Source: Candidatus Hadarchaeota archaeon (GTDB taxonomy: Archaea; CAYQAE01; CAYVLA01). From it: a stretch of DNA of 64,000 nt. The stretch spans positions 11,991 to 75,990 of the forward strand of contig CAZUNO010000014.1 of the NCBI GenBank assembly GCA_964621445.1, read 5' to 3'. The notes beneath the pieces are model-generated. The model saw only the letters and a list, made by a program, of their open reading frames with translations. It did no database searches and was not told where the DNA came from. This document shows positions 8,980 to 20,364 of the stretch, in pieces. A program made the position numbers and the translations under genes. Each line of letters opens with the position of its first letter. Position 1 is the stretch's first letter.

Positions 8980-10311
8980 ATGGTGGAAAAACCGAACATA
9001 TTAGTCATGATGTGCGATCATCACCGTTACGATGCTCTGGGTTGTCTGGGCAATCCTTTGGCAAACACCCCAAACCTTGACGAGCTGGCTTCCCGAAGCC
9101 TACGATTTGAGAATTGCTTCAACCAGGCCCCGGTGTGCTCTCCGGCGCGTCACTCTCTGGCAACCGGCAGGTATGCCCACGCCCATGGGGTGATGTCCAA
9201 CCGCCATATGCCCTACCCCGGAATGGTGACCATAGCGCACGCGGTGCAGCCACTGGGCTATAGGCGTTTCCAGCTGGGCCATATGCACTGGAAGAACCTG
9301 GAAATGGACACCGGGTACGAGCCCTGGGTGACCTTTGGGGACTGGCGCAAGACAATGCCCCAGGCGGTTCTGGACCGCTACGATTGGGAGAACCAGAACG
9401 TGACCCGCCGCACCACGGGCGGTCCAAGCACCCGATCCGCTGACCAGTACTCGGGGCACTTCATTGCCGAAAAGGCCGTGGAAAAGATCGAGTCCGCCGT
9501 AGATAACGATGAGAGATTTCTCTGCTGGACCGCTTTTCACGAGCCACACCCGCCGTTCTACCCGCCCGAGGAGATCTATCGAAAGTTTGAGCAGGCGGAT
9601 ATTGAATTGCCCCAGCAGTCTGGAGTCGATCACAGACCGCCCCATGAATACGTCCTGAGGAAAAGAAGGGAGTGGAGCCACCTAACGGAGGTCGAGGTAC
9701 GCCAGATGATGACCGGCTACTATGGCCTGGTTGAGCTGGTCGACGGCTACTGTGGCAGGGTCCTGAAATCCCTGGATGAACTGGGTATTCGCGATGAGAC
9801 CATCGTGATATGGACCGTGGACCACGGTGATCAGATGTGGGAGCACGAGCTATTCCTGAAGTTCAATATGTATGAGGGTTCGGTACACGTGCCCCTGCTG
9901 GTGGATATCCCGGGAGTTTCACCCGGGGTACGAAAGGAGCTGGTTGAACACGTCGATATATTCCCCACCATCTGCGATCTGGTTGGCGCGGATATCCCCC
10001 CGACGGTCCAGGGGAGATCACTCGAGCCCCTTCTCGACGAAGGAACCACACCGGCTGGATGGCGAGATGCGGCCTTCAGCGAGATGCGGGGGAGCGATGG
10101 TACACTCCTTCAGATGGTGCGAACTGGGTCCTCCAAGTTGATCACCTACGATGGCGTGCCCGGGGAATTCTACGATCTGGAGGAGGATCCCGGGGAACTC
10201 GACAACCGGCTCTCCGACCCACGGTACAAGGAGACCGCCTCCAGGCTTCTGGGAAGAATGAAGGAATGGGAGAGGGATACGGAGCCCAATTACCAAGATG
10301 GTAATGGATAG
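8980..10311 (+). CDS. Sulfatase (Cys-type, S1 family)
   Basis: KPNILVMMCDH, CSPARHSLATG, EPHPP and DHG motifs. Confidence 0.92.
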   Translation: MVEKPNILVMMCDHHRYDALGCLGNPLANTPNLDELASRSLRFENCFNQAPVCSPARHSLATGRYAHAHGVMSNRHMPYPGMVTIAHAVQPLGYRRFQLGHMHWKNLEMDTGYEPWVTFGDWRKTMPQAVLDRYDWENQNVTRRTTGGPSTRSADQYSGHFIAEKAVEKIESAVDNDERFLCWTAFHEPHPPFYPPEEIYRKFEQADIELPQQSGVDHRPPHEYVLRKRREWSHLTEVEVRQMMTGYYGLVELVDGYCGRVLKSLDELGIRDETIVIWTVDHGDQMWEHELFLKFNMYEGSVHVPLLVDIPGVSPGVRKELVEHVDIFPTICDLVGADIPPTVQGRSLEPLLDEGTTPAGWRDAAFSEMRGSDGTLLQMVRTGSSKLITYDGVPGEFYDLEEDPGELDNRLSDPRYKETASRLLGRMKEWERDTEPNYQDGNG

Positions 10312-10969
10312 CAAGCGAGGCCCGTTTTCCATCTCTTGGAAATGAGAGGGCAATGCTTTAGGGGAAGATGACGAATACTTCTACAGGTCAAGATCCATTT
10401 GAGGTATTGGGGATATTTTTTCGAATGGAAGGCCAGACCATATTGATATAAACCACACAGTCGATTCTCACCTGCTAATTGAAATCAGATTTTTGAGTTG
10501 CGATAGTGTGTTTGATCATTCTAGTAGATCTTCCCGATGTCGATATCCTTTCCTTTTTTTTCCCCGTTTTTCTCTCCCTTCTCGGTCCTTGCTATACAAA
10601 TGCCTCGTGGCAAACCTGGCACTCTATGAAATGGGAGTATTCATCTGTCATTCCCCAGTGGCTTCCCGAAAGAAATCCATATTTGGATTTTTTCAGAAGG
10701 GCGGAAAAGGTGATGTATCTTTTGGGTCCTCCACCTGGAAACTGCTTAAAAACGCCTCTTTGGGCTGCATGTTCCCCCTAAACATTCAATGGACGGGATA
10801 GAATGTACTAAGCTGATATAAATTACCCGCCGTTATTCGGGAATATATCCATACCACGCGCGCCAATCCGAATCTAGCGATGGCTTCAATAGGGTGAGAT
10901 GCACGGGCTATTTCCTTTACGGAAGTAAAATATTTAGGGAGTCCCCGTGTCACCGTCCGCGGTGAGATT

Positions 10970-11197
10970 ATGCAAATAGAGGGTCTAGAATTCCTGGGTC
11001 TCTCTGGAATGTTCTGCTGTATTCCCCTCATCTGGTTTATAGTATCCGTCCTACTCTGTGTCTGGGTGTACAGGGACGCCGAGGCTAGGGGCATGGAGGG
11101 AGCCCTTTGGCTGATCATTGTGCTGATAACCGGTATCCTGGGACTTATCGTCTACCTAATAGTGAGAGAGGATAAGAAGCAAACCACATCGGGTTGA
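10970..11197 (+). CDS. Small two-TM membrane protein (PLDc_N-like)
   Basis: WVYRDAEARGM...LWLIIVLITGILGLIVYLIVR. Confidence 0.7.
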   Translation: MQIEGLEFLGLSGMFCCIPLIWFIVSVLLCVWVYRDAEARGMEGALWLIIVLITGILGLIVYLIVREDKKQTTSG

Positions 11198-11219
11198 AAG
11201 GCGGGTATGGGTAGTTCCG

Positions 11220-11858
11220 GTGCTCAGCACGGAAGGGATCCTGGTAGAGACCTTCAATTTCATAGGGGGTCTGATCTGTCACCAGCTACCGGAAAGGACA
11301 CTCATCATGGGATCCACCCTGCTACCGGTCTGCGCCCGGGACACCGGTATCTACATCGGGATCCTGGCGGGCCTCGCCCTACTGCTCATGCGCAGGGAGG
11401 GCAGGTCGGGGCCGCCCAACTTGTATTTGACGCTGGCCATGATGCTCCCCCTGATAGTCGATGGCACCACCCAGGTGCTCGGATTCAGAACCAGCACCAA
11501 CCAACTGAGACTGATTACCGGTCTTCTTTTCGGCACCGCTATCTCGCCCTTCCTGGTCTACCTGCTTCCCATTCTTCCCCCAACACGTAAGGTACCCATA
11601 CTAGGAAAGGTGATGCCAACGGAGTCCAGACTGGACGGGAAGACCTCCTGGCTTCCGGTCACCGCATTTTTTCTGGGCGTGACAATTGACGTGGGCATCT
11701 TTTTCATTATCGATGCCATGGCGGGTTTGCCGAACCCCTGGTTCTATTGGATTATCGCTCTACCGCTGATGTTTTCATTGATCTTAACCATCATTTTATT
11801 GCCGGCTGTGGTTATGGTATCCTTTTTCGACCTCCTAAGGCGTATCAAGGGATACTGA
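11220..11858 (+). CDS. DUF2085 family membrane protein
   Basis: ICHQLPERT, PVCARDTGIY, DGTTQ and NQLRLITG motifs. Confidence 0.85.
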   Translation: MLSTEGILVETFNFIGGLICHQLPERTLIMGSTLLPVCARDTGIYIGILAGLALLLMRREGRSGPPNLYLTLAMMLPLIVDGTTQVLGFRTSTNQLRLITGLLFGTAISPFLVYLLPILPPTRKVPILGKVMPTESRLDGKTSWLPVTAFFLGVTIDVGIFFIIDAMAGLPNPWFYWIIALPLMFSLILTIILLPAVVMVSFFDLLRRIKGY

Positions 11859-11960
11859 ACGAAAACCTCGCCATCGGAACCTCATAGAGGTTGTTTGCTC
11901 TAGCCGGGAAATGTGGCACAACGGTTTTCAAGGTGCTCTCTTTGGCCACATTCGCTAATC

Positions 11961-14055
11961 ATGTTTGAGCCAAGAAACGCCGAGACTGAGTTCACGACCA
12001 CTACCCCCATCACCTATAATATTGACTACTCTCCCCAACACCTGCAGGACCCGGGATATACGGAAAGGATCGCCGAGGCCCCACCAGTCCTGCTTCACGT
12101 TGGCCACGATGTGCCCTTCAAGAGCATGTACGGCCCGGCTGACCTCTTCGATCCCTGGGGTCACAGGAGGCTGAGCCCATCCGAGGTCCAGACCAGGATG
12201 GAGAGGATCGGAAAATATGTTGAGGAGCTGCACGAGGCCGGCTCTCCCCTGGTCATACCCTATATCTGCTCCATGTTTATCTTCGGCAACGCGGAGCGGA
12301 GAAAGGGGTTCTGGGAGTTCTACGATAACTGGGAGGAGTACTCCGATCTCGGTCTTGGTTCCAGGCCCAGGGAGGACCCCATAACCTGGATTGCCGGTGA
12401 GCCCAGGAAATTGGAGCACATGGATACCGCATGGGAGGGCATGGTTTACGAGCCCTGCATAAACCGACGCGGTTGGAGGAGGTTCCTACGGTCGGTGGTG
12501 GCCCTCATCGCCAGGGTGGGATATGACGGGGTGTTCAGCGATGTTAACGCCTCTTCCTGCGAAAATGCCTGTTGCAGGAGGCTTTTCGCCAGGTACCTCG
12601 CGGCCCGGTACACCGCCAGGGAGATGGAGGACCTCTTCGGCTTTAGCAATCCCCGCCAGGTGCGGGTGGGAAAGCCGGGCGACGGTCTGCTCTGGGTGGA
12701 AACGGTTAATTTCCGGGGAGAGCGCATGGCCGATCTATTCTCGGAACTCAGGAGGGAGGGAGGGAGGCGCAGAGATACCTTCATCCTCATTCCCAACCTC
12801 AGTCCTTACCAGCACGTGGACGGGGTCTGGGATCGAATTGGAAATGGCCAGGTCATCTCTAGTTGGACTCCGGTTTGCCCCCTGATAATGTTCGAGGAGA
12901 TGAATCAGCCCGGCCTTTTCGGTAAAGGGGTTGTTTCCAACTTCATTTTCCAGTATAAGCTAGCCTTCGCCAACACGACCAGGGCCGGATGCCTTCTATA
13001 CGGGGCCAAGGACTACCACGGGGTTTCAATAGCCATGGCCGAGGCAAGTTCCGGGGGCGGGGGCGCATTCATCCAGCCCGGCTATTCCTGCCCCGCGGTG
13101 AGGCGCCAGTACAGGACCTTTTATGAACAGCACCGGGGCCTCTTGAAGGGTCTTGTTCCCTATTCGAGGGTGGGACTGGTATTCTCCTACCAGCAGCTTG
13201 CATGGGGTAGTAGGGGGGCACATGGAGGATACATACAGGGTAGCCGAGGAGCTCATGGCAAAGCACGTGCTCTTTGACATCCTGGTGGAGAGGAACCTCC
13301 GTCCGGGCGAGCTGGAGGGATATGATCTGGTGATCGCCTGTGGCCTGGAAAACATTTCCGACCTCCAGGTGCAGACACTTCTAGGGTATATCGAGAAGGG
13401 AGGAACTCTGCTGGGCGTGGGGGAAATCGGGGCCAGGGACCAGAGGGGCCAAAAGAGGATGGGTGGCGCCCTGGGATCGATACTCGCGTCAAGTTGGGAG
13501 GACGGAGGTGAGGTGGAAACTGCTTCACACGGAGAGGGGCAATGCATTCGGGCCCCGAGCCTTGATCGTCTACTCTCCCCTGCCCCTTTCGAGCTGTTCA
13601 TGCTCTCCGAGCAGGAGTGTAACGATATTGACAGGATATTCGGGCTGATCAGGAGGTCGGAGGGAGATGAGGGAAAGCGTCGGAGGAACCTGGTGAAAAC
13701 GATCTACAATTCAGGATTGGATGTGGGGATTTCGAACTGCGAGGAGACCTTGAGGTTCAATGCCTATCTACGACCCGGGGGAGAGCCGGTACTAGCGATT
13801 CATGCGGTGAACTATAACATCCCCATACATGGAATGGGTGAGTCCGGACCGGTTGTCCCTGCGAAGGACGTTTCCTTGAACATGCCACTGCCATCAGGAT
13901 TCGAGCCGGACAGGGGAGTGATATATGACCCCCCTGAGATTGCGGGACGCCCCCTGGAATTAAGCGAGGATAATGGCACCCTAACCATCCAGCTACAGGA
14001 AGTGGGGATATACTCCCTGGCCGGTATTCAACTGGCAGAGAAATTGGGTTCCTAG
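11961..14055 (+). pseudogene. Putative glycoside hydrolase (TIM barrel plus beta-galactosidase trimerization/GATase-like domain), frameshifted at the G6 run 13213-13218
   Basis: PCINRRGW and YDGVFSD in ORF1; LEGYDLVI, YIEKGGTLL and HAVNYN in ORF2. Removing one G joins WGSRG-HMEDTY. Confidence 0.65.
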
Positions 14056-14595
14056 ATGCCGGAGTCCCTCTCCTTCAGTACCTGCCTCACCTTGATGTAC
14101 AGAACCGGGTTGTAGATGGACATCACGGCGAACACTATGATCAGGATCACCATGATGAACTTCGCTATGCCATCGTTAATCCAGGAGATGGTGAACTCCA
14201 GGAAATCCGGGAAGGGATCTGCGAAGTGTGAGAAGTCGAAGGGGAAGAGCACGTATAGGTAGGCCATGGATATCAGGCCCAGTGCATCGTTGAATGCCTC
14301 CAGAGGGCGCACCGCGTTCTCCCTGCCGATGATGGCCTTGGCAGCTAGATGCACCGGCATCATTACCTGAGGGGCAAATACCAAAAAGGCGGCCAGGTCT
14401 CCAAAATCATCCGTGAAGAACCTGGTGGGCTTGTTCAGGTGTACCAGGAAAAAAACCGATTAATATGAGTCCCATGATGATGCCCACGATGGAGCCCACC
14501 CGATCACCGAGTTCGATCTCGTTCTTCTCGGCTACCGATATAATGTGACCTGAGAACATACCTTCCCTATCTACCTCCTTGCTCAAAATAATCAC
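14052..14595 (-). pseudogene. Multi-pass membrane protein, frameshifted at the A7 run 14449-14455
   Basis: Removing one base gives ...ILIGFFLVHLNKPTRFFTDDFGDLAAFLVFAP..., joining both ORFs. Confidence 0.6.
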
Positions 14596-14745
14596 TTTTT
14601 TGGGTGGGAATGCTGCTGGTTGAAATTAATTTCGAAAATGGACCTATACTTATCATGATAGGATGCATCTCCTGAACCGCTGAAAGTAGGATTTGCTGGC
14701 CATGGATGATGACAAAAATCGGGTGAGGGGCCAAATTACGGGTTC

Positions 14746-15509
14746 ATGGCGCTGAAATACTTCCTATACATGGGAGCTATCGGCCTGGTCTCCCTGTTCC
14801 TAGTCCTGATACGGGGCTTTTGGGCTCACTATGGGACTTCTTAGTCCTGCTGATCATGACTCCCGTGGCCTTCGTTTCCCTATGGGTCGCGTTTTCCTAC
14901 GTCTACCTCTACCCAGTTCTATTTAGGGTTGGATCGGAGAAGGATTGGCTAACCGGGATCATGGAAGGCTGGAATCTTCGTGGAGACGAGAGAGTTCTCG
15001 ACGTGGGATGTGGGACGGGCAGGATCGCCATCGAGGCGGCCAAGCTCCTGCCATCAGGAAAGATCTACGGGGTGGATATTTTTGAGGGAATCATTGGCAA
15101 TTCCTTCAAGGTTCCCAGGAGAAACGCTGAGATAGAGGGCGTATCTCACAGGGTCCAGTTTCGAAATGGGAACGCCCTTGACCTGCACTTGGAGGATGGG
15201 ACATTCGACATAGTCACCATGGGCTCGGTACTGCACGAGATTCACGGGAGGGAGGATGAGATCAGAGCGATAAAGGGGGTACTTAGAGTGCTGAAGCCAG
15301 GGGGGATGTTCCTGACCCTTGAGCTGCTACGGACCTGGAGGATGTTTGTGACCCTCATGACCTTTGCACCGGTCTGGAAAACCGAGGAATACTGGCTGTA
15401 GATCTTTCGGGAGGCCGGGGCCGAGGTTTTTTCGGTGGAGAGGATCGTGAAGTTAATAGACGTGGCCGTGTTCATCACCGGGAATCCCGAGACGGTAAAG
15501 CCAAAATAG
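14746..15509 (+). pseudogene. Membrane-anchored class I SAM methyltransferase with a frameshift (~14820) and an in-frame TAG (15399)
   Basis: VLDVGCGTG, FDIV and RVLKPGG motifs. The frame continues past TAG as IFREAGAEVFSVE...PK*. Confidence 0.7.
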
Positions 15510-15660
15510 GGGGTAGAATCTAGGATGGATGTCATCGCCGGTTTTGGTCCCTAGTAGTCAGATCAGTGAACCACGAAGGTATAACCCGATGACAGGGCTT
15601 AACTAAGGCAGGACCCCTGACCTATGATCTTTTTCAATCTGAGACACCCTTACAACAAAC

Positions 15661-17721
15661 ATGAATAAAGACGGTGCATTTGTCGAAAAGGAGGGGGGAA
15701 TGCTTAAACTCGGAAATGATTATCTGGTGGTCGATGTGGGGATTGAGAGTGGGGAGGGCCCAAATGGGCTGTACTCCCCCCTTTCCGACCAAATCTATGC
15801 CGATCGTCCCTACCGGTATCGGTTGGATGACGAACTGGGAACACCTGAATTAGGGGAATACCAGGTCTCCCGGGAATCCGGTTCCATCGTCCTGGATATG
15901 TCCTGGAGGCTGGGCCCTATAAACCTGAACCACCGTCTTTCGATGGCCCATTATGAGCCCTACATGGAGGAGACGCTGAGTCTAACCAACACCGGTGAGG
16001 AGGACATGTACCTTGAAAAACTTCAGACCGGCTTCGTCCGTGGTATAGGCAGGGAGGGACGGGTCCATGAGGAACTGTCCCGGGATGTCATGGTTAGCGT
16101 TCCTTTCAAGCGAGCTCTCCAGGACAGGAGGGGCGAGTACCGGGAGTTCAGCTTCAGGGAGCTGGCCATAAACGGAGACTCCTACTGGTTCCCATGGGGA
16201 CAACGTCACCGGATGGATCACCTCTCGGCGGAGGGATGGATATGGAGTCATGATGGGGTCTGTCTCCTGGTGGCCAAGCATTCCCCAACCATGATCGAGC
16301 ATTCGGTTCTCTCTTGTGAACGAGAGGAGGATCAGGAGGCGCTTAGATTCGGGGGATCGACCGGGATACACGGCGATCCCGATCAGTGCGGGTTTCTGAA
16401 GAGCGGCTCATCGATCGCCCTCTCGGGTACCAGATACATTGTGGTGAAGGGCGGATGGAAGGAGGGTTACTACGCTTTCCGGGATTTCATGGACTCCATG
16501 GGCCACGGGACGCCCGCCGGGTTCAATCCTCCAGTACACTGGAACGAGCTCTACGATAATCCCCTGTGGTGGGAGGGCGACGGATACAAGGAGAGGAACC
16601 AGCTCTACACCCTGGGACACATGAGGGAGGAGGCCAGCAAGGCCCGGGAGCTGGGATGCGAGGCTCTTTACCTGGACCCGGGGTGGGATACCAGCTTCGG
16701 GTCATCCATCTGGCCGGAGTACAGGCTCAGGAAGGCGAGGGAGTTCGTCGAGCTGATGAGTACGGAGTACGGCCTGGGGGTCTCTCTACATATGCCTCTG
16801 GCCGTTTGGTGCGACCCCACCGCCTACCCGTTGGCCGCCCATAGGAGGGACCGCCGGGGAGAGATGCTTGACTCCCTGTGCAGCGCCTCCCCTGCTTACC
16901 TGGAGACAAAGAGAAGAAAGCTCCTGGATCTGGCGGAGGCGGGATTCGTCTACTTCATGTTCGATGGTACCGCCTTCACCGGCGAGTGCTGGGACCCCTC
17001 ACACGGCCACTCGCTTCCCCTCAGGAGGTCCGAGCACTGCGCGGCCATAGACGAGCTGGTCAAATCCGTCCACTCCCGGTTCCCGGAACTGATAATAGAG
17101 CTGCACGACCCCATTCTGGGAGGAGTTCCGGAGAGGTACGCCCCCATGCACTTCATGCATGGGTCCGATGGTTGCTTTGACGAGGGATGGGGCTTCGAGT
17201 ACATGTGGGACCCAATGGAGGACCTCATATCCGGAAGGGCCATTAGCCTCTACTACTATAACCTGGCCTACTCTCTGCCCCTCTATATACATATTGACCT
17301 GAGGAAGGATAACCGGAACTCCCTGGAGTTCTGGTGGTATGCATCCACCTGCAGGCACCTGGGGGTGGGAGGCAAGCACCAGGACGCGGAGGTTTGGAGT
17401 GCCCACAAGAAGGCAATGTCACGTTATCTAGAACTGAAAAGGTTCTACACCCAAGGAGTCTTTCTTGGCCTGGACGAGGAGGCCCATCTTCATTTCCTGC
17501 CCGGCGAACCGCGGGCGGTTCTAAACCTGTTTAACCTCTCATCAAAGGCGACATACAAAAAGGTAATTTTAGATATCCGCGAGATCGGCCTGGATTCCGT
17601 TGAACACGTTTCCGACGGTCAATTTAACCTGCATGGAAGGGAACTGGAGATCGAGCTGGAGATGGATGCCAGGGACGCCAGGGTAATAGAGATTGGGGGT
17701 TCGGCCCGAGCTAAGGACTAG
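15661..17721 (+). CDS. Alpha-galactosidase-like (GH36/clan D-like) glycoside hydrolase
   Basis: N-terminal beta-sandwich, then HWNE, LYLDPGWD and YFMFDG in a TIM barrel, and a C-terminal LFNL beta domain. Confidence 0.6.
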   Translation: MNKDGAFVEKEGGMLKLGNDYLVVDVGIESGEGPNGLYSPLSDQIYADRPYRYRLDDELGTPELGEYQVSRESGSIVLDMSWRLGPINLNHRLSMAHYEPYMEETLSLTNTGEEDMYLEKLQTGFVRGIGREGRVHEELSRDVMVSVPFKRALQDRRGEYREFSFRELAINGDSYWFPWGQRHRMDHLSAEGWIWSHDGVCLLVAKHSPTMIEHSVLSCEREEDQEALRFGGSTGIHGDPDQCGFLKSGSSIALSGTRYIVVKGGWKEGYYAFRDFMDSMGHGTPAGFNPPVHWNELYDNPLWWEGDGYKERNQLYTLGHMREEASKARELGCEALYLDPGWDTSFGSSIWPEYRLRKAREFVELMSTEYGLGVSLHMPLAVWCDPTAYPLAAHRRDRRGEMLDSLCSASPAYLETKRRKLLDLAEAGFVYFMFDGTAFTGECWDPSHGHSLPLRRSEHCAAIDELVKSVHSRFPELIIELHDPILGGVPERYAPMHFMHGSDGCFDEGWGFEYMWDPMEDLISGRAISLYYYNLAYSLPLYIHIDLRKDNRNSLEFWWYASTCRHLGVGGKHQDAEVWSAHKKAMSRYLELKRFYTQGVFLGLDEEAHLHFLPGEPRAVLNLFNLSSKATYKKVILDIREIGLDSVEHVSDGQFNLHGRELEIELEMDARDARVIEIGGSARAKD

Positions 17722-18863
17722 ACCCTTCTCAGCCTGGTTACTCGTACTTCCCTCTGCATCCTCCTGCGAATCATGAGGGACCATAGGACGAGTCCGGAGA
17801 TTATGGCCGTGGAGGTAACCGCTAGCCACTCGGAAAGATAGACCCAGAACAGGGCCTCCTCCTTTAGGCTGGCCGCCTCCTGAGATATGACCCTGACCTC
17901 CTCGGACACCGATTCAAGGAAATCTATGGCCGGTTGGTAGTCCTGGTCGGCGTAATCGTCTATGGCCTCACCCATGCTGCTTTCGATGACCATCAGCTCG
18001 TTGGCCAGGGGCATGCTGTTGGCACCGAAGTTATCAGCCCACTCTATCATGGATAGTATGATGGATTTCTGGGTCTGTATGTTCCTGAACATCCGCCTCG
18101 CCTCCCGCCTGGCCGGTATGTCCGAGATCAGGTCCATTTCCAGGGAGTAGAAGACCATGTTGGTGGCCACATCCAGGGCGTAGGGGTTCTTCTCCTCCGT
18201 CCACCAGTCGTCGAATATGTGAGACACCACCCACTGCATTCCCGGGTTTCCCCCGCCTGGCCTCCAGGAAACCAGCCATGGCTGGCCGTAAGGAACTATA
18301 TCCGCCCATATGGTCGCTCCCTGTTTGACCTTCATGTCCGTGAACTGGTCCCCTACCACATCCTCGATTCCGTACTTCAGAAAAGGGGTGAAAACCGGGT
18401 GTCGGTTGGTCCTGAAATCCACCTTGTAGCTCCTGAAGTGAGGACTCACGCTTCCATGCTCGGATATGGGGACCACCTCGCGCAGTATTGTGGCCTCCCA
18501 CGCGTAGTCCCATCCCAGGCACAGGCCACAGAAAGCGGTCATCTCCGCCTCACGGAAGGCATAGTCCAGGTCATGTAGCTTCCTAGTGGTCAGATGCTGG
18601 ATGCGCGCATCGTGAAAGACCATCACGTCGTATTGATCGATGAGCATACCCCTGGTACGGGGATAATACACCCTGTCCAGCTTTCGTTTACCCCTACCTG
18701 AGAGGTCCGGGGGGAGGGGATAGATGTCATAGGTAAATATGGGATCCCGTATGAACAGAACTCTGAATGGGTTATCCCACATGTAACCGGAGTGGCCAAT
18801 CACGAAGCCGGATATCCGTTCCGGTCTAAGGGCCTGTGATCCAGGGACGACCAGGACCAGCAC
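17718..18863 (-). CDS. Membrane-anchored GATase-like paralog family, copy 2
   Basis: YYPRT, YALDVATN, NFGAN and the tail ALFWVYLSEW...MIRRRMQREV. The true start may lie slightly upstream. Confidence 0.75.
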   Translation of the reverse strand: MLVLVVPGSQALRPERISGFVIGHSGYMWDNPFRVLFIRDPIFTYDIYPLPPDLSGRGKRKLDRVYYPRTRGMLIDQYDVMVFHDARIQHLTTRKLHDLDYAFREAEMTAFCGLCLGWDYAWEATILREVVPISEHGSVSPHFRSYKVDFRTNRHPVFTPFLKYGIEDVVGDQFTDMKVKQGATIWADIVPYGQPWLVSWRPGGGNPGMQWVVSHIFDDWWTEEKNPYALDVATNMVFYSLEMDLISDIPARREARRMFRNIQTQKSIILSMIEWADNFGANSMPLANELMVIESSMGEAIDDYADQDYQPAIDFLESVSEEVRVISQEAASLKEEALFWVYLSEWLAVTSTAIISGLVLWSLMIRRRMQREVRVTRLRRV

Positions 18864-19021
18864 GGTGATTATGAGCCAGACTAATGCCCCGGGGTTATTG
18901 CGAATTATATCTCCACGCCTGCAACTATGATGTTCATTTCCTATTTTATTCTTGCGGCTCCCCAGCCGGAGAGATGGCTCGACTACGCAGGTTAATAAGA
19001 AGGTAAAAAGTAAAGGGCCAT

Positions 19022-20275
19022 GTGATGACCGCTGGTTGGTCTCGTTTGTTCTGGTGTTTGGCTCTTTTTCTGGCCATTGCTTCCCTGCAGCCGGGGTTCG
19101 CCCAGGAGGGTAGGATCGGGGTTCTATACGCGGGTGGCATAATGCGCTCCGCCCCCTTCCGGGAGATGGTGTCCGATCCTCTCTTTTCCATCACCTTTGT
19201 TTCGGCATCCCTGCGTGGTTTTGGAGGGTGGGAGATAGACGATGTGCAGCGGGCAGTAAGGATGTACATGCCCAGGACCTATGAACGGATCCGGGAATTC
19301 GACGCGATCGTGCTGGGCAATGCTAACCGGTTTGCCGTAGGGTCACGCAAAATCGAGATGATGGCCAGGAGCGTGAGAGAGGGCGGGCTCTCCCTGCTCA
19401 TGTCCGGCGGCTGGGAGAGCTTCGGGGGGGTATTTGGGCGGCCCTCGTGGAGCGATACGGCGATAGCGGAACTTCTACCAACCGAGGATGTTATCGATAC
19501 CTGGGTCCAGTACCCTAGAGGCTATCTCCTCCTGGAGATAGACCAGAAGAATCACGAGTTGATGGGAAGCGTGGCCTGGCACGGCCAGGCCGAGGGGACC
19601 CAGAACATGTGGAGGGACTTCCACCACAACCTGGTGAAGCTTAGGCAGGGGGCGACTCTCCTAGCCCACGTTCGTAGCCTGGATTTCGAAAACCACCCCG
19701 CCATGGTGACCTGGGAGTTGGACAACGGCGCTCGAACCTTTTCGTTGACCGGGGAGATCCACACATTCTCCCGCCCAAATGTATGGGAATACAGTTTGGA
19801 CTTCGGAAGCAACCTTATGATCTACCTGGATGGAAGGCCGGTGCCTCAGGACCTGGAACTGATCCACACCGTGAGGCAGAAGATGGTTGAGGTCAGGACC
19901 AGAAAATCTCTTCTCCTGGGGCTACTTGACTTTTGTAACTCAGTGGGGGCCAACACCGAGGAGATGATGGCGAGGATCGACAGTGTGGATAACAGGATAT
20001 CCGGGATCATGCCCGATTACCTGGGCCTCCGCTTCCAGAAGGTGTTGGAGGTATACCAGGAAGTGGAAATAGACCTAGAGGAGATGGAAAGGGATGCCAT
20101 AAAGCTGAAGGACAGGGCACTCCTTTGGGTCTACATAATCGAGTGGCTGTCGGTGACCGGCGTGGGGATGGCCTGCGGTTTCTTTCTATGGTCGGTCATG
20201 ATCCGTCGCAGGCTATATAGGACGGTGGGAACAACCAGGTTGTACCTGTCCGGAGATAAGACAATTGATCGCTAG
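19022..20275 (+). CDS. Membrane-anchored GATase-like paralog family, copy 3
   Basis: Signal peptide, YMPRT, GGLSLLMSGGWESFGG..W..TAIAELLP (DUF1355-like) and the tail ALLWVYIIEW...MIRRRLYRTV. Confidence 0.8.
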   Translation: MMTAGWSRLFWCLALFLAIASLQPGFAQEGRIGVLYAGGIMRSAPFREMVSDPLFSITFVSASLRGFGGWEIDDVQRAVRMYMPRTYERIREFDAIVLGNANRFAVGSRKIEMMARSVREGGLSLLMSGGWESFGGVFGRPSWSDTAIAELLPTEDVIDTWVQYPRGYLLLEIDQKNHELMGSVAWHGQAEGTQNMWRDFHHNLVKLRQGATLLAHVRSLDFENHPAMVTWELDNGARTFSLTGEIHTFSRPNVWEYSLDFGSNLMIYLDGRPVPQDLELIHTVRQKMVEVRTRKSLLLGLLDFCNSVGANTEEMMARIDSVDNRISGIMPDYLGLRFQKVLEVYQEVEIDLEEMERDAIKLKDRALLWVYIIEWLSVTGVGMACGFFLWSVMIRRRLYRTVGTTRLYLSGDKTIDR

Positions 20276-20364
20276 TTCCGGTTCCGGCAGTCAGGGTAAT
20301 TGACATTTTACAGGAATTTATTGATAGGGAACACATAAAGAGGTTAGAGGGTCCAGGTTTTGCC

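Noticed and set aside
10493-10801. Short ORFs in the AT-rich gap after the first sulfatase
   Set aside because: Low-complexity translations with no consistent frame; at most a decayed minus-strand remnant.
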